64,000 bases of DNA, from assembly GCA_963822585.1 (NCBI GenBank), contig CAWGIE010000035.1, positions 128,001-192,000 on the forward strand, in the 5' to 3' direction. This document shows, piece by piece, positions 1-10,760 of this stretch (its first letter is position 1; the number at the start of each line of letters is the position of its first letter). Source of the DNA: an uncultured bacterium. GTDB taxonomy: Bacteria; Auribacterota; Erginobacteria; Erginobacterales; Erginobacteraceae. Made by a program: the position numbers and the translations under genes. The notes below the pieces were generated by a model that saw only the letters and a list, made by a program, of their open reading frames with translations, was not told the DNA's origin and searched no databases.

Positions 1-4
1 CAGT

Positions 5-496
5 GTGTCATTTGAAGTGGGGGATAAGACGGTGAGTCTGAAGCAGGAAATCGGACCGGAAACGTCGGTCCGGGAAGCCTTGACTTCTCTGATCGAGGAA
101 GCCGGGGAAATCGGCCAGTCCGGCAAGGCGACCGTCGCTCAGCTGCGCGCCCTCTATGCCCGGGCTCATCAATCCGGCTGGGAAAAGCAGAAGGTGAAGG
201 AACTCCTGGAAAAAGATCTGGGGACCTCGCTCAGCGATGAGATCGTCGGGGTGGTGGAGAAAAAACGCCTCTCCCGGCTGATCAATGGGATCGCCCCCAT
301 CGAGGAAGTTCCGGGGAAGGTTACCGCCGGACAGATGCGGGCGCTTTGGGCGAAAGCGCTGAGCAAGGGATGGGAGAGGGCGCAGGTGAGAGAGTTTCTC
401 CAGAAGAAGCTGGGTGCCGTTCGGGACGATCGGATTATTGGAGTTATCGACAAGAAACTGCTCTCATCCGCCATTGACGAGATCGAAGCCGCCTGA
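5..496 (+). CDS. Hypothetical protein with two ~50-aa internal repeats, possibly 5'-truncated by the window edge
   Basis: ORF track; repeated unit T.(A/G)Q(L/M)RAL(Y/W)A.A...GWE...V.E.L.K.LG. Confidence 0.6.
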   Translation: MSFEVGDKTVSLKQEIGPETSVREALTSLIEEAGEIGQSGKATVAQLRALYARAHQSGWEKQKVKELLEKDLGTSLSDEIVGVVEKKRLSRLINGIAPIEEVPGKVTAGQMRALWAKALSKGWERAQVREFLQKKLGAVRDDRIIGVIDKKLLSSAIDEIEAA

Positions 497-509
497 GGGT
501 CAAAAAAGA

Positions 510-592
510 GTGATCGGTAATCAGTGATCGGTGATCGGTAGAAGAACCACGGCTCGACCGATCACTGATAACCGATTACTGATTACTGATTA
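510..592. repeat. Inverted array of 7-nt repeats (GTGATCG / TGATTAC) between convergent genes
   Basis: gtgatcggtaatcagtgatcggtgatcggt ... accgatcactgataaccgattactgattactgattac. Confidence 0.75.
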
Positions 593-656
593 CTTTTTCC
601 CGCCGCCACCCACCGTGATCCGTATATCACCTCTGTGATCCCGAGCACTGGGAATG

Positions 657-1466
657 TTAACTTGAATCGACCCGGTGTTCACGGCAGGGCATCGCTTGAC
701 GGATTTCGGCCTGGTAATCGAGATCGAGCCGGGCGACGGCGAAGCCTTCTCCCTCCGGGATCCCGGCGATGATCGTCCCCCAGGGATCGACGATCATGCT
801 CTGGCCGTAAGTCCTGCGTCCCCCGGGGTGCTCGCCGTGCTGGGCCGGCGCGACGATGAAAACCTGGTTCTCGATCGCCCGGCTCCGGAGCAGCACCTCC
901 CAGTGGGCTTCACCCGTGCGCTTGGTGAAGGCCGCGGGGACAAAGATGATCAGAGCGCCCCGTTCGGCCAGACGACGGTAGAGGTAGGCGAAGCGGAGGT
1001 CATAACAGATCGTCATCCCCATCGGTGCCAGCGGGGTTTGAGCGAGGACGGCCTCTCGTCCGGGAATAGTCCGCTTCGATTCCCGGTGAGTCTCTCCGCC
1101 CGGAATGGCGACATCAAAGAGATGGATTTTACGATAGGCGGCGATAATTCTGCCGTCCGGGCCCAGCAGAAGCGAGGTGTTGTATACTTTTCCCGGGATT
1201 TCCGACTGTTCCGAAAAGGAGCCCGCCAGAAGATAGATCTCTTCTTTTCTCGCTGTCTCCCGGGCCCAGGTGACGATGGGACCTTCCCGATTTTCGCCGG
1301 GTAGAGGAGGGGCCAGGGCGTCCCGCATCAAAGCGAAGTTCTCGGGAAGAGCGATGATCCGCGCCCCGGCCCGGGCGGCCGCCTCAACCAGCTTCGCCGC
1401 CCGCCGCAGGTTCTTTTCCCGGTCGTCGCCGGAATTCATCTGGATCACCGCGCAGTTAATAATCAT
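657..1466 (-). CDS. Carbon-nitrogen hydrolase family protein (Nit1/deaminated-glutathione-amidase-like)
   Basis: LPEN, YRKIHLFD and ICYDLRF motifs (E-K-C triad); SMIVDPWG. Confidence 0.92.
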   Translation of the reverse strand: MIINCAVIQMNSGDDREKNLRRAAKLVEAAARAGARIIALPENFALMRDALAPPLPGENREGPIVTWARETARKEEIYLLAGSFSEQSEIPGKVYNTSLLLGPDGRIIAAYRKIHLFDVAIPGGETHRESKRTIPGREAVLAQTPLAPMGMTICYDLRFAYLYRRLAERGALIIFVPAAFTKRTGEAHWEVLLRSRAIENQVFIVAPAQHGEHPGGRRTYGQSMIVDPWGTIIAGIPEGEGFAVARLDLDYQAEIRQAMPCREHRVDSS

Positions 1467-1567
1467 GGATCTGGACCTTTTTGAATGGATAACAGGATAA
1501 TATAGCCACGAAGGTCACCAAGGACACGAAGTATTTGAAGAACTGAGCGCTTCCCGCTAACGTTAGG

Positions 1568-1590
1568 TAGTCGCACCCTTCAGGGTGCGC
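1568..1590 (+). repeat. GTAG-type REP-like palindrome
   Basis: GTAGTCGCACCCTTCAGGGTGCG; inverted partner at 4381-4404. Confidence 0.7.
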
Positions 1591-1690
1591 AATAAAACGC
1601 TCCGCCTAATACGGGGCGGCTACCATTTGGACAACATTTATTGAAATCCCGAAACAGGAATATAAGATATAGCGTGAGTCTTCAGTATTA

Positions 1691-2767
1691 TTATACTTTG
1701 TATCCTCCGTGGGTGTCTCCCGGCCTCGGGAATTCGTTGATCGTGTTTCGGGCGGATTGTGTCTCGGCCTCGTAAAGCTCCCTGAGCGCGTTGTCATCCC
1801 GGGAAATAACCTGTAACCGCTGATAAATCTCGGTGACTTCGTCGCGGGAGATCTTCAGCGTCGTCCCCCCGAAGACGTATTCCGTCCGCCCGGCCAACGC
1901 CAGTGTCCGCACCGCGAAGATGAGGGGCAGGGCGCAGAATAACCTGATGTCCTCTTCCCGCTCGGGGATGGCCGTGGTGTACTCCAGAGCGCTGTCCAGC
2001 CAGGTGAGGGCGAGCGTGACCAGTTCCCCGATCATCCGCCTGCCCCGGGGATCTCCGGGCTGGCGAATAAGTTCTTCGAGTGTGACGCCGGCCCGGCGGA
2101 GCAGCTGCCGGGGAAGGTAGCTGACGCCCCGGGCCATGTCGTCGGTGACGCCCTTGATGATATTGGTAAGCTGGAGCCCGAGGCCGAAATCAACCCCGTG
2201 GCGGCGCAGCGCGGCCTCCGGGGCCCCGGAGATGGAAACGCGGTCGAGACTGAAAAGGCCGGTGAGCATGTTCCCGACGGTCCCCGCCACGTAGTAACAG
2301 TATTGCCGGAGATCATCCAGCGTCTCCAGCCGCAGACCTTCATCCCCGGTTTCCCGGCGCACGGTTGCGGCCATGCCCCGCGCCATTTCTCCCGCCGGTA
2401 CGGAGATCACCTCCCGGAAGGGAGCGGGGAGATCATGGAATGCCGTCAGCACGGCATGACAGTTCCGGCAGAGATCATGATCGGGCTCATGAAAATCCCT
2501 TTCCGGGAAGGTGTCTCTGATCTCCCGGCTGCATTCCGCCCAGAGTTCTTCAGCGAAGAGATCGCGCCCGGCCCTTTCCAGCAGCGCCGCCCGCCTATCG
2601 GCGGGGAGAATGGTCGTATCTTCGATCGTGTCGAGAATGCGGCAGATCAGGTAGGCGACGCAGACCGTATCCCGGAGCGGCTCCTGGAGAAGATCGATCC
2701 CCAGGGCGAAAGTCCGGCTCACCCGCGGGAGAATCCGGTGGCAATAGGTGATGCAGTTTTTCATCAT
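1691..2767 (-). CDS. Squalene/phytoene synthase family protein
   Basis: VSRTFA, LDTIED, YCYYVAGTVG, GLGLQLTNI motifs; start placed at MMKN (ORF track extends to 2806). Confidence 0.88.
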   Translation of the reverse strand: MMKNCITYCHRILPRVSRTFALGIDLLQEPLRDTVCVAYLICRILDTIEDTTILPADRRAALLERAGRDLFAEELWAECSREIRDTFPERDFHEPDHDLCRNCHAVLTAFHDLPAPFREVISVPAGEMARGMAATVRRETGDEGLRLETLDDLRQYCYYVAGTVGNMLTGLFSLDRVSISGAPEAALRRHGVDFGLGLQLTNIIKGVTDDMARGVSYLPRQLLRRAGVTLEELIRQPGDPRGRRMIGELVTLALTWLDSALEYTTAIPEREEDIRLFCALPLIFAVRTLALAGRTEYVFGGTTLKISRDEVTEIYQRLQVISRDDNALRELYEAETQSARNTINEFPRPGDTHGGYKV

Positions 2768-2981
2768 AATAATGATAGTCACCGTCTGGATCATGGTATA
2801 TATCATATATACGGAGAGGATTGATCAGAAATATTTGTCTTTCATCCGATTTCCGTCCGCCGGCCGCGGGCGGAAATCGGGTTGTTGTGAAAAATGCCGA
2901 AGATGTGGTTGGCAGGGGTGTGCCTGCCGATTGATCATAAAACCTTAAAGTCGGGAGACCGGTGATAATAGAGGGGGAAAC

Positions 2982-3917
2982 ATGAGAAAGAAAAAAGAGA
3001 TGGTATTAGCGGTCCTGATTGCCGCCACGCTACCGGTCGTTTCCCCCGTGAGAGGGCAGGGGATCACGATCGATCATAACTGCACCGACCTTGCCCGGAT
3101 ACCGGCGGCATGGGTCAACAGCGCGAAAAGTACCTATCGGGTCTGGTACGGTCATACCTCCCACGGGAGCCAGATTACGACCGGGATGAGCCTGATCAAC
3201 GGTTCCCCCTTCAATTATAACTCATCCGGTTCGGGGGGGGCGTTATCCTACCAGGAGACGGAAGGTGATCTCGGTTACGACGGCGACCTCGCCTGGTACT
3301 ACGCCACCCGGGACAAGCTCGATCAGGCCGGGAACACCCGCAATGTCGTGATCTGGTCCTGGTGCGACGGCGTCTCCGATAATACCGCCTCGGGGATCGA
3401 CACCTACCTGAACGCCATGTCCCAGTTGGAGGCTGATTACCCCTCGATCAAATTCGTTTACATGACCGGGCATCTGGACGGTACCGGCGAGAACGGGAAC
3501 CTGCACATCAGGAACAACCAGATCCGCTATTTCTGCAGCGCCCACGGCAAGATTCTCTATGACTTCGCCGATATCGAGAGCTACGACCCTTCCGGGGCGT
3601 ACTTCCTCAACCGGGGGGCTAACGACGGATGTTATTACGATGACTGGGCCCGGAACTGGGCCCAGGAGTGGTGTAACGCCCATCCCGGCTCTTCACTCTG
3701 CGCTTCCTGCGACTGCGCCCACTCGGAGCCTTTGAACTGCAACCTCAAGGGGCGAGCCTTCTGGTGGATGATGGCCCGCCTGGCCGGCTGGGACGGCAGT
3801 TCCCAACAGCCCACCCCCGGGCCGGGGCCTACCCCCGTCCCCGTCCCGCCCGATTCCGGCGGTGACGGCCTGAACAAGATTCTCCGCTGGGTTCAGGAAT
3901 GGGCGTCGGGGCTGTAA
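2982..3917 (+). CDS. Secreted hypothetical protein with Cys-rich C-terminal part and Pro/Thr linker
   Basis: Signal-peptide-like N-terminus; YGHTSHGSQI and WSWC motifs; PTPGPGPTP tail. Confidence 0.75.
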   Translation: MRKKKEMVLAVLIAATLPVVSPVRGQGITIDHNCTDLARIPAAWVNSAKSTYRVWYGHTSHGSQITTGMSLINGSPFNYNSSGSGGALSYQETEGDLGYDGDLAWYYATRDKLDQAGNTRNVVIWSWCDGVSDNTASGIDTYLNAMSQLEADYPSIKFVYMTGHLDGTGENGNLHIRNNQIRYFCSAHGKILYDFADIESYDPSGAYFLNRGANDGCYYDDWARNWAQEWCNAHPGSSLCASCDCAHSEPLNCNLKGRAFWWMMARLAGWDGSSQQPTPGPGPTPVPVPPDSGGDGLNKILRWVQEWASGL

Positions 3918-4380
3918 CTATAGATTTCAGCACCAGATTGGCTTTTGGCATCCCCCTCCCGCGGCCTCTTTTGGGACCACTAATTACACGAATTCCGCTC
4001 ATTGTTCCCCCGCCTCGCCCCCTTACTATCAGCACCTGATCCTTCGACTTCGCTTAGGACAAGTTTTACCTGATTTTTACCCCGCCGCGACGAAGTCGCT
4101 TTGCGGGGTCTCTGATTGTTTACTTTTAAGGCCAATTTTCTCATCTTGTTATGATGAGATTGCTTCGCCCCTCCGGGGTTCGCAATGACTTTTGAGAGTT
4201 TCCCGGATATGCTCCCGGTATTTTCTGCAGGCAATACCCGCAAAAAACAAAAACGGTCAAGAAAAGCTAATGTTGTGGTGATACAGTGCTCCCGATTTTA
4301 GAACGATATCAATCAGCGGCGAAGTAGTTAATTTATTGTTTCCGCATTTAACTAATTGGTAATTGCCTCGGTTTGCCAGG

Positions 4381-4404
4381 GCGCACCCTAAAGGGTGCGA
4401 CTAC
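4381..4404 (-). repeat. GTAG-type REP-like palindrome, inverted copy
   Basis: GCGCACCCTAAAGGGTGCGACTAC. Confidence 0.7.
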
Positions 4405-4666
4405 CTATAGCTAGTGAGAAACGTTGGGTTTTTGTTTCGGAATTTTCCCGATAGCCATCGGGATGCGCCTCTGGGCACAATAAGAACGTGCAAGCATTGA
4501 ATCAACATGACAGGGATATTTTGAAGAAAATTCGTGCAATTTCTCCGCCCCGAAGCCTTAGATCGGGGGCGTAATTCGTCGTTTTATTTAATTGCCCGAG
4601 CCCCGATAAACCCCGATAAAATTCGGGGCGGAGGCGGGGTAGACTGTGCGAGGGCTAAGTTCTAAA

Positions 4667-5566
4667 ATGAAAACAGAAACGGAACAGATCTACCACGAGC
4701 GCATCCTGCGGGTGCTGATCTACATCCAGCGCCATCTGGACGAGCCGCTGGACCTCAACGAGCTGGCCGCGGTCGCCTGTTTCTCCCCCTTTCACTTTCA
4801 CCGGATCTTCCGCGGCCTGGTCGGTGAATCGGTGAAGGAACATATCCGGCGTCTGCGCCTGGAACGGGCGCTTTACCGGATCCGCTCGACCGGAGAGTCA
4901 ATCCTCTGGATCGCCCTCGACGCGGGATACGAAACTCATGAATCTTTCACCCGTGCCTTCAAGACCATGTTCGGCCGCGCGCCCTCGGCGGTGCGGAAGG
5001 GGGCGAACCGTCTTCTCTGCGAGGATACCCTCTCCGGGGTTCACTTCGAACCAGCCGGGGAGATACCACAATTAAAAACCATCACCAAAGGAGGTGCAGA
5101 AATGGAAGTGAAGATAGTCAAGCGTGAACCGACCCGGGTGGCCTTCGTCCGTCATATCGGTCCCTACGAGAAGTGCGAAGCGGCTTGGGGAAAACTTTGT
5201 GGCTGGGCCGGCCCCAAAGGCCTCTTCGGCCCCCAAACCGTTATGCTGGGGATCTCCTACGACGATCCCGAAGTGACCCCGCCGGAGAAGATCCGTTACG
5301 ATGCCTGTCTGACCGTCGATGAATCGGTCCAGCCCGAAGGAGAGATCGGGATCCAGGTCATCCCCGGCGGTGAGTACGCGGTGACCATCCATAAAGGGCC
5401 GTACATGAAATTGATCGAGACCTACGGCAAGCTCTTCGGAGAATGGGCGCCGAAAAGCGGACGGGTGGTCAGTTCCGGCCCCTGCCTGGAGATCTACCGG
5501 AATGATCCCCACCGGACGCCCCCGGCGGAACTTCTGACGGAAGTTTGCGTTCCGCTTGAGTCGTAA
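4667..5566 (+). CDS. AraC family transcriptional regulator with C-terminal GyrI-like domain
   Basis: SPFHFHRIF / RRLRLE / AGYETHESFTRAF double HTH; YDDPEVTPPEKIRYDAC GyrI-like domain. Confidence 0.93.
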   Translation: MKTETEQIYHERILRVLIYIQRHLDEPLDLNELAAVACFSPFHFHRIFRGLVGESVKEHIRRLRLERALYRIRSTGESILWIALDAGYETHESFTRAFKTMFGRAPSAVRKGANRLLCEDTLSGVHFEPAGEIPQLKTITKGGAEMEVKIVKREPTRVAFVRHIGPYEKCEAAWGKLCGWAGPKGLFGPQTVMLGISYDDPEVTPPEKIRYDACLTVDESVQPEGEIGIQVIPGGEYAVTIHKGPYMKLIETYGKLFGEWAPKSGRVVSSGPCLEIYRNDPHRTPPAELLTEVCVPLES

Positions 5567-5593
5567 TAAAGCGGTCCCTGAACACAGCTACAC

Positions 5594-5647
5594 AAGCCCG
5601 GATTAAACATTTTCTACCGATCGGTAGAAAATGTTTAATCCGGGCTT
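5594..5647. repeat. Perfect 54-bp palindrome between convergent genes
   Basis: AAGCCCGGATTAAACATTTTCTACCGA|TCGGTAGAAAATGTTTAATCCGGGCTT. Confidence 0.9.
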
Positions 5648-5703
5648 CGGTTTTATGGCGCGATAACCCTGCCGGATCGATCCGGACACAACTCAGGGGA
5701 TGA

Positions 5704-6582
5704 TCAAAGCTGGAGCACTGGATCATGTCGCCGGTGGTTCGCCGCCGCCCGTTGAAAGCTGGTGGTGGCGTAGCAGTACCGGCAGCCGAATACGCAGGTG
5801 TCGTAAACGCCGATGTCACGGCTGATCACACAGCCGCAGTGCTTGCGTTGGCCGGGATCCTTCCTCCTCGTGACCTTGATGCCGAAGATGTCCCGGATCA
5901 GCCGGTCGTCAATACATTTTCCCGGCTGGATCCCGAAGCGGACATCGCTTCTTTCGGCGCAGCTCGTGATCTCCATCCCGTTATCCCCGGCGGTCCGCGC
6001 CAGTGATATCATGCAGTCCTTCAGCCATCCCTCCGGGATCTCGTTTTCTCCGTACAGAAGGAATCCCTGCTTTCCCAGGTCGTTCAGCCGTTTCCCGAGC
6101 CGCGGATAGAGGTCGACGATGCTGATCACCGACCGCCGGGTGTATCCCTTGAGCGCCCGCGCGATCCGTTCATAGGCCTTTTGATGGAATTCCGCGCCGA
6201 GGGCGGGGCTGAATATCACGGGGTCATATCGCCAGATCACCCGTTCCGGTCCGATCCGGTGGGCCAGCTCCTGGAATGTCTCCAGGGACGCCGCCAGGGG
6301 AAGAGCGCCCGGCTCGAGTTCCGGGGGATAGTCAAGGAGCGTGTACTGAAAGTAGTACCGGTATCCCCGATCGTCCAGCTCCTCAAGATAAGGGAAGAGG
6401 GGCCGCGGGTTCCGGGTCCAGAAGACGATGCAGTCAACGTCCCCCGGCAGGAGAGGAACCCGCAAAACCTGTTCCCGATTGAAAGGGTGGGGGACCTGGC
6501 ACCATCCTTTCCGAATTCGGTTGATAAACCACGGAGCATAAAAAGCCGGGATGTCGGTTCTCCGGCTGGCCGAGATGATCAT
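5704..6582 (-). CDS. DUF1848 family protein
   Basis: MIISASRRTDIPAFY start, VIWRYDP, C-terminal DIG.YDTC..GC.YCYA. Confidence 0.9.
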   Translation of the reverse strand: MIISASRRTDIPAFYAPWFINRIRKGWCQVPHPFNREQVLRVPLLPGDVDCIVFWTRNPRPLFPYLEELDDRGYRYYFQYTLLDYPPELEPGALPLAASLETFQELAHRIGPERVIWRYDPVIFSPALGAEFHQKAYERIARALKGYTRRSVISIVDLYPRLGKRLNDLGKQGFLLYGENEIPEGWLKDCMISLARTAGDNGMEITSCAERSDVRFGIQPGKCIDDRLIRDIFGIKVTRRKDPGQRKHCGCVISRDIGVYDTCVFGCRYCYATTSFQRAAANHRRHDPVLQL

Positions 6583-6587
6583 AAGGT

Positions 6588-7790
6588 TTAAATGCCCCAG
6601 GGTGATTTCCAGATGCCGGTATCCCGGCAGAAATAGATGATTTTCGGGTGCCCGATGGTGAAGCCCAGGATGGCGCCCAGGATCACCGGTACGGCTACTC
6701 TCAAGCCGAACAACTCCAGCAGGATAATGGCGGCGGCGATCGGCGTGTTGAGAACGGAGGCCATGGCGGCGGCTATTCCGGTGCAGATGACCGCCCGGTG
6801 AAGCGCCATGTCCTCGATCCCGAAGACGCGGGAAACAATGGCGGCCGACAGCGCGCCCAGATGACCGAAGGGAAGGTCAGGCCGCCGCTCCCGCCGGTTT
6901 AACAGTCATGGTGGTGGCGAGCAGCTTCCCGACCAGCAGCAGAACCCCCGTCAGGAGGAGTATGTTGCCGCTCAGGCAGACACCGACCAACCCTTCCCCC
7001 GTCCCAGGACGCTCACCCGGGTAGGCCGCCAGTCTCCCCCCGGCCCGGCGCGCTGAAACTTCATACCGGTATTCTACCAACCGGAAGGCAGCTCCAGCTT
7101 TTCAAAAAGATAGACAAAGGCCATACCGACGACCGCGCTCAGGACGGTAGCGGCCAGGATGGGCAGGAGGTGAGAGGGGGAGAAAGAATAATCGAGCCGG
7201 CCGGCGAAGGAGAGGCCGCCGCGAAGGAGGTGATGCACCAGAAAGCCGACCAGGCTGGAAAGGACGGGCGGGAAGAGAACGTTGTAATCAAGAGCCGAGC
7301 GAAGAGCACCTCGGCGGCGAAAACCCCGCCCCCCAGCGGGGCCGAAGATGGCCCACCCTCCGCCGCGACCACGGCGGCCTCTCTGTTATCGGGATGATTG
7401 TAAACGGGATATCATCTTGCGATAAGCTTCCCAACAGACGAGGCCCACCCGGCCCCCGCTCCCTCCCGTTCCCAGGGTAAGCAGGGATGCCGCGAACTTA
7501 CAGAGAAGCAGCCGGCATGAGTTCCGGGGAGGGGGTCAGCCCGGTCGATGTAAATCTGGGTTCAATCTCCGAAAACTCTGGGAGACCATCTCAGGATCAG
7601 TCCGGTCGCGAGGCCTCCCAGCACCGGAAGCCCCCAGAGCCATAATGAGCAGGTCTGGAGGGAGATCCAGTTCAGCGCCAGGTTGAAGAGCCGGACCAGG
7701 ACCCCGACGGCCTGCCGGTCAGGCAGGCCAGAAGAGGCCATTTCAGGAGATAGATGAAATAGTGGTTATAGTGGTGCCGGGCGTCCATGA
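6588..7790 (-). pseudogene. Degraded ClC-type chloride channel gene with multiple frameshifts
   Basis: Fragments in different frames: SAPLGGGVFAAEVL, GKLLATTMTV, GGSGGLTFPSVI, LNTPIAAAIILLELFG. Confidence 0.75.
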
Positions 7791-7901
7791 CCAGGGTCGT
7801 GTTTCGGGCGCGACATGGAGTGGGCAAGCGCTGCCAGTGCCATGCCGGTTTGCTCCCCGGATAAGATGCAAAAGCAGCCGGCAACATGATATCATAATGA
7901 A

Positions 7902-8848
7902 ATGGAAAAACAATCACCTCGCGTTATCCTTGCTTACTTTTCCGGGACCGGGAACACCGCCTGCCTGGCCCGGCTTCTCCGCGATCGGTTCCGTGTCGGA
8001 AGGCTGCCGTCCGGCTGATAAATATCGAGGAGGTTTTACGGGTCGAGGCCGGAATTCTTCCCGATGACTTTGACGTTCTGGGGATTGCCTATCCGGTGCA
8101 CGCGCTTAACGCTCCCGCGATCGTCTTTGATTTCATCGATTCTCTCCCCCCGGGGTCCGGAAAGAGAACATTCATCATCAAATCCCCCGCCGACCCCTTT
8201 TTTCGCGGCGGCTCCAGCCACCTGGTGATCAGGGCTCTCGCAAACCGGGGATACCGTGTCTTTCACGAGAGCATGATCGTCATGCCGGCCAATGTCTTTA
8301 TCCGGTATCCCGATGATTTCATCAGAGAGCTGGTCAGGACCGCCGAAAGACGGGCGGGGGAGACGGCGGACGAGATCATCGCCGGTCTTCCCCGCCGGGA
8401 AACCCCCGGGTTTTTATCAAGACTCTGTACCCGGTTTTTCAGTTCGCTGGAAGTGCGGGGAGGGCGATATTTCGGCCGCGATCTCCGGGTCTCCAGCGAA
8501 TGCACTCTCTGTGAAAAATGCATTCGCGAGTGCCCGAGAGGGAATATTTTTCTTCGTGACGGCCGGATCGTTTTCGGGAAGCGATGCATGATCTGTATGC
8601 GCTGTCTGTACGGCTGTCCCCAAAACGCGATCAGTCCCCGGTTTTTCTCATTCTTCAAAGTAAAGCGATGGTATAACCTGGCCACTCTTGCCGCCGATGC
8701 GCCCAGCGGCGGCGGATACGTCCCCAACGTCCGCGGGGGGTTCTTCCGGCTCTTTTCCGGGTATCTTGGCGGGCGGCGGAAGACGGGCGGTAATGGTTAT
8801 AAGCCCCCGGGGCGGGATGGGCAGGAACAGTCTGAAAGCGATTATTAG
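7902..8848 (+). pseudogene. EFR1-type flavodoxin/4Fe-4S ferredoxin fusion, frameshift near 8000 (or sequence error)
   Basis: ATG 7902 gives YFSGTGNT flavodoxin motif; another frame continues LGIAYPVHA and two CxxCxxCxxxCP motifs. Confidence 0.8.
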
Positions 8849-9296
8849 CCACCAAGGCACAAATATAACCACCGGGACATTAAAAATATAACCACGAAGA
8901 CACAAAGACACTAAGAAAAGAATAATCGTAGTAGCAAAGCTTGCTTTGCCCCAAGTCGAGCACGCTCGACCACTAAAAGAAGCACGGAAAAAGTTACCCA
9001 AGACATATCCGGGTCATTGCGAGGCGACTGGAAGTAGTCCTGAGCGTAGCGAAGGGACTGAAGCGACGAAGCAATCTCACTCAAACTAATCTTATTATTA
9101 ATGAGCAATCGTTCCTCTTCACCAAACCCAAAATTACAATAATTTTCTTTGTTTCCTTTGTGTCTTAGTGTCTTAGTGGTAAAAAAGGGGCCGAGGCCGG
9201 GGGAGCAATATTATTTTTCGCGTCTTCGTGGTTATTCAATCGTGCCTTGGTGGTAAAAATTGCGAACGAGTGAGCTAACGTGTAAGGAGGGTACCC

Positions 9297-9872
9297 ATGG
9301 ATATTTATGAAGCTATTCGGCGGAGAAAGAGCGTGCGCTCTTTTCAGAAGCAGGAAGTGGCAGAGGAGGTTCTCGATCGAATCCTGGAGGCGGCGCGTCT
9401 CGCGCCCTCGGCCAAAAACTTCCAGGAGTGGCGGTTTGTCGCGGTCCGCGACCCCGAAACCCGGAGGCAGCTCTCGGTCGCCGCCCGCGGCCAGACGTTC
9501 GTGGCCTAGGCCCCGGTCGTCCTGGCCTGCTGCGCCGAAACCGACAACCACGTGATGACCTGCGGGCAACTCTGTTACCCGATTGACGTCGCCATAGCGG
9601 TCGACCACATCACTCTCTGCGCGGCGGCCGAAGGACTGGGAACCTGCTGGATCGGGGCCTTTTTTGAAGACCGGGTAAAAGAAATTCTCGGCATACCGGC
9701 CCCGGTCCGAGTCGTCGCCCTGCTTCCGATCGGCTACCCGGCCGATCCCTCGCCGATCGAGAAACCCCGGCTGGAGCTGGATGAGATCGTCATGCATGAG
9801 CGATGGGAAAAGCATGCCATCCTTGAGCATCTGAAACTTGGCAACAAGACGATGAAACCGCGGAGAACATGA
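9297..9872 (+). pseudogene. Nitroreductase family protein with in-frame TAG at 9507-9509
   Basis: RRKSVRSF, ARLAPSAKNFQEW, then same frame *APVVL...GLGTCWIGAF...LPIGYP. Confidence 0.85.
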
Positions 9873-9976
9873 AGGGATTTCAAAAAAGATCAAAATTATC
9901 TACCCTCGTTGAATATCTTCGTGCTCGCAGTCTACCCCGAAGAATTCGGGGTGTCCTTCGTGGTGAATATATCTTT

Positions 9977-10741
9977 ATGGAAGGTGAGCGGACAGCGGAG
10001 TTCCGATTTTACGCCGAGCTGAACGATTTCCTCGCGCCCGTCCGCCGTCAGCAAACATTTTCCTATGTATTCAAAGGGAGCCCGTCGTTAAAAGACGCCA
10101 TCGAAGCGATCGGGGTGCCTCATACCGCCGTTGACGTTGTCCTGGTCAACGGGGTTTCCGTCGGCTTCGATCACCGGCTCCGCCCGGGCGATCGGGTCTC
10201 GGTCTACCCGGTCTTCGAAAGTTTCGATGTTTCCCCGCTTATCCGTTTGCGGGAGGAACCCCTCCGCGATCCGGTCTTCATCCTCGACGTGCACCTGGGA
10301 AAACTGGCCCGGTTGCTCCGGATGCTGGGGTTCGACGCTCTTTACCGGAACGATTATGACGATCCCGAAATCGTGCGGATCGCCCTGAAGGAGCGGCGCA
10401 TCATTCTCACTCGCGACCGGGGTATCCTCAAGAACTCCCTGGTCACGCACGGCTACTGGGTGAGAGCGGAAGACCCGCTGCGGCAGGCCCGCGAGGTGCT
10501 GGCGCGGTTCGATCTTTTCCGGCGAATTCAGCCCTTCGCCCGCTGCATCTCCTGTAACGGGTTGATCGAGGAGGTCCCGAAAGAGGAAATCAGCGATCGT
10601 CTTCCCCCCCGGACGAAGAGCGCCTTCAACGAATTTCATCGCTGTAGCGGCTGCGGGAAGATCTACTGGCGGGGAAGTCACTATCAGGCCATGCACGGAC
10701 TGATCCGCCGGCTGCGCGAGGCGGATTGCTCACGTTCGTGA
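9977..10741 (+). CDS. Mut7-C RNase domain protein with N-terminal ubiquitin-like domain
   Basis: FRFYAELNDFL, GVPHT.VD, DVHLGKLARLLRMLGFD, C..CNG, C..CGKIYW.GSH. Confidence 0.92.
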   Translation: MEGERTAEFRFYAELNDFLAPVRRQQTFSYVFKGSPSLKDAIEAIGVPHTAVDVVLVNGVSVGFDHRLRPGDRVSVYPVFESFDVSPLIRLREEPLRDPVFILDVHLGKLARLLRMLGFDALYRNDYDDPEIVRIALKERRIILTRDRGILKNSLVTHGYWVRAEDPLRQAREVLARFDLFRRIQPFARCISCNGLIEEVPKEEISDRLPPRTKSAFNEFHRCSGCGKIYWRGSHYQAMHGLIRRLREADCSRS

Positions 10742-10760
10742 ACGCCTGCCCTCCGGCCGA

